Positions 62,055 through 64,000 of a DNA stretch of 64,000 bases are shown one piece after another. The stretch lies in the NCBI RefSeq assembly GCF_000002075.1, contig NW_004797271.1, forward strand, positions 438,672 through 502,671, in the 5' to 3' direction. The translations under genes were made by a program, and so were the position numbers. Source of the stretch: Aplysia californica. Its lineage: Eukaryota. The notes beneath the pieces are model-generated. The model had not been told where the DNA came from. It did not search any database and was given only the letters and a program-made list of their open reading frames with translations. Position 1 is the first letter of the stretch; every line of letters begins with the position of its first letter.

Positions 62055-63205
62055 TGATGCTGATGTATGTCACATGTGCTGATCTATGTCATATATCTTG
62101 TCACTTGTGCTGATGTATGTCACACAAGTGCTGATGTATGTCATATACCTTGTCACATGTGATGATGTATGTCACACAAGTAATGATGTATGTCATATAT
62201 CTTGTCACATGTGCTGATGTATGTCATATATCTTGTCACTTGTGCTGATGTATGTCATATATCTTGTCACTTGTGCTGATGTATGTCATATATCTTGTCA
62301 CTTGTGCTGATGTATGTCATGTATCTTGTCACTTGTGCTGATGTATGTCATGTATCTTGTCACAAGTGCTGATGTATGTCATATATCTTGTCACTTGTGC
62401 TGATGTATGTCATATATCTTGTCACTTGTGCTGATGTATGTCACACAAGTACTGATGTATGTCATATATCTTGTCACATGTGCTGATGTATGTCATATAT
62501 CTTGTCACATGTGCTGATGTATGTTATATATCTTGTCACTTGTGCTGATGTACGTCATATATCTTGTCACAAGTGCTGATGTATGTCATGTATCTTGTCA
62601 CATCACAAGTGCTGATGTATGTCATGTATCTTGTCACTTGTGCTGATGTATGTCATGTATCTTGTCACATCACAAGTACTGATGTATGTCATATATCTTG
62701 TCACTTGTGCTGATGTATGTCATGTATCTTGTCACTTGTGCTGATGTATGTCATGTATCTTGTCACTTGTGCTGATGTATGTCATGTATCTTGTCACTTG
62801 TGCTGATGTATGTCATATATCTTGTCACATCACAAGTGCTGATGTATGTCATGTATCTTGTCACATACGCTGATGTATGTCACACAAGTGCTGATGTATG
62901 TCATATATCTTGTCACATGTGCTGATGTATGTCATATATCTTGTCACATCACAAGTGCTGATGTATGTCATGTGTATTGTCACATCACAAGTGCTGATGT
63001 ATGTCATGTATCTTGTCACATCACAAGTGCTGATGTATGTCATGTATCTTGTCACATCACAAGTGCTGATGTATGTCATATATCTTGTCACTTGTGCTGA
63101 TGTATGTCATATATCTTGTCACATATGCTGATGTATGTCACACAAGTGCTGATGTATGTCATATATCTTGTCACATGTGCTGATGTATCTCACATGTGCT
63201 GTTGT
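62055..63205. repeat. 31-bp minisatellite with 36-bp and shorter variants
   Basis: Unit GTGCTGATGTATGTCATATATCTTGTCACTT. Confidence 0.95.
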
Positions 63206-64000
63206 ATGAGTCATATGTTTTGATGTGTGTCACATCGTGATATCATTTTCTGATAAAGGTCACACCAGTCTACATCATTGTGAAGTCAAGAGGGGTTTGG
63301 TTGTGTTGATTTTTTTTGGGTCTTTTTTTACACCAATGTATTTTGATTTTTAAACTACCGAAAATTCCAGCAGCAATATTTTACTAGTGATGGTATCGGT
63401 TTTGTCAACATTTGTGTGGATATTTTGTCTTGCTTTGTTGGTCGGAAGTTTTTGTCTATAGACCCAGCGTTGAATGTATAGAATTTATTTATATAAATTT
63501 TGATGAACAGATGCATTTTAGCACTTTCCTAACGATTGTTATATAATATATCTTTTATCTATGCAACGAGCCATTAATGAACTAATGTTTGTGATTTGCA
63601 AATATTTAAATCCTGGACGTCCTTGCGTGTTGCTTATATGGTAAAAAGGTAAAATTTATTTTTTTTAATATACTTTGATTGAAACTGTGATAGCATAGGA
63701 CTGATTGTATATCATGTTTTCTCTGTGTGAGTTTGTACAGTCGACGTGTGGTGAGTGTGTATTTGTGCGTGTGTGTGCGTGAGTANNNNNNNNNNNNNNN
63801 NNNNNNNNNNNNNNNNNNNNNNNNNNNNNNNNNNNNNNNNNNNNNNNNNNNNNNNNNNNNNNNNNNNNNNNNNNNNNNNNNNNNNNNNNNNNNNNNNNNN
63901 NNNNNNNNNNNNNNNNNNNNNNNNNNNNNNNATGTGTGTGTGTGTGTTGCTGATGCGTGTAAATATGTGTGTGTGTGTTGCTGATGTGGGGTAAATCTGT

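Noticed and set aside
62846-63131. Cys/His-rich repeat ORFs (CHITSADVCH..)
   Set aside because: By-product of 36-bp variants of the minisatellite; no splice or start context.

Overview
Eukaryotic (metazoan) genomic DNA, AT-rich and repeat-dense, with six N-gaps. The repeat landscape suggests a mollusc or other lophotrochozoan, but that is inference. Three spliced protein-coding genes can be rebuilt with GT-AG introns and consistent phases: SNAPIN (+, 4 exons, 6565-15403, 125 aa); an NPDC1-like membrane protein (-, 7 exons, 45975-26209, 298 aa); and a DOK/IRS/FRS2-type PH + IRS-PTB adaptor with a ~980-aa disordered tail (+, 8 exons, 46143-58375, ~1282 aa). The last two are head-to-head, with start codons 167 bp apart around a perfect CRE palindrome. 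The rest is transposon-derived or repetitive: a decayed hAT element with TIRs and TSD nested in a LINE RNase H relic, RTE fragments, Mutator-, piggyBac-, Harbinger- and hAT-type non-autonomous elements, a tRNA-SINE, a very abundant ~170-bp headless retroposon, and minisatellites. The most unusual signals are tandem arrays seeded on exon/intron junctions that multiply splice donors, a SINE whose TSD duplicates a splice acceptor, a TSD-flanked chimeric retrocopy of local upstream DNA in SNAPIN intron 1, and frame-compatible candidate alternative exons in the NPDC1-like gene. There is no prokaryote-type system such as CRISPR. All family assignments come from recognising motifs by eye, not from database searches.
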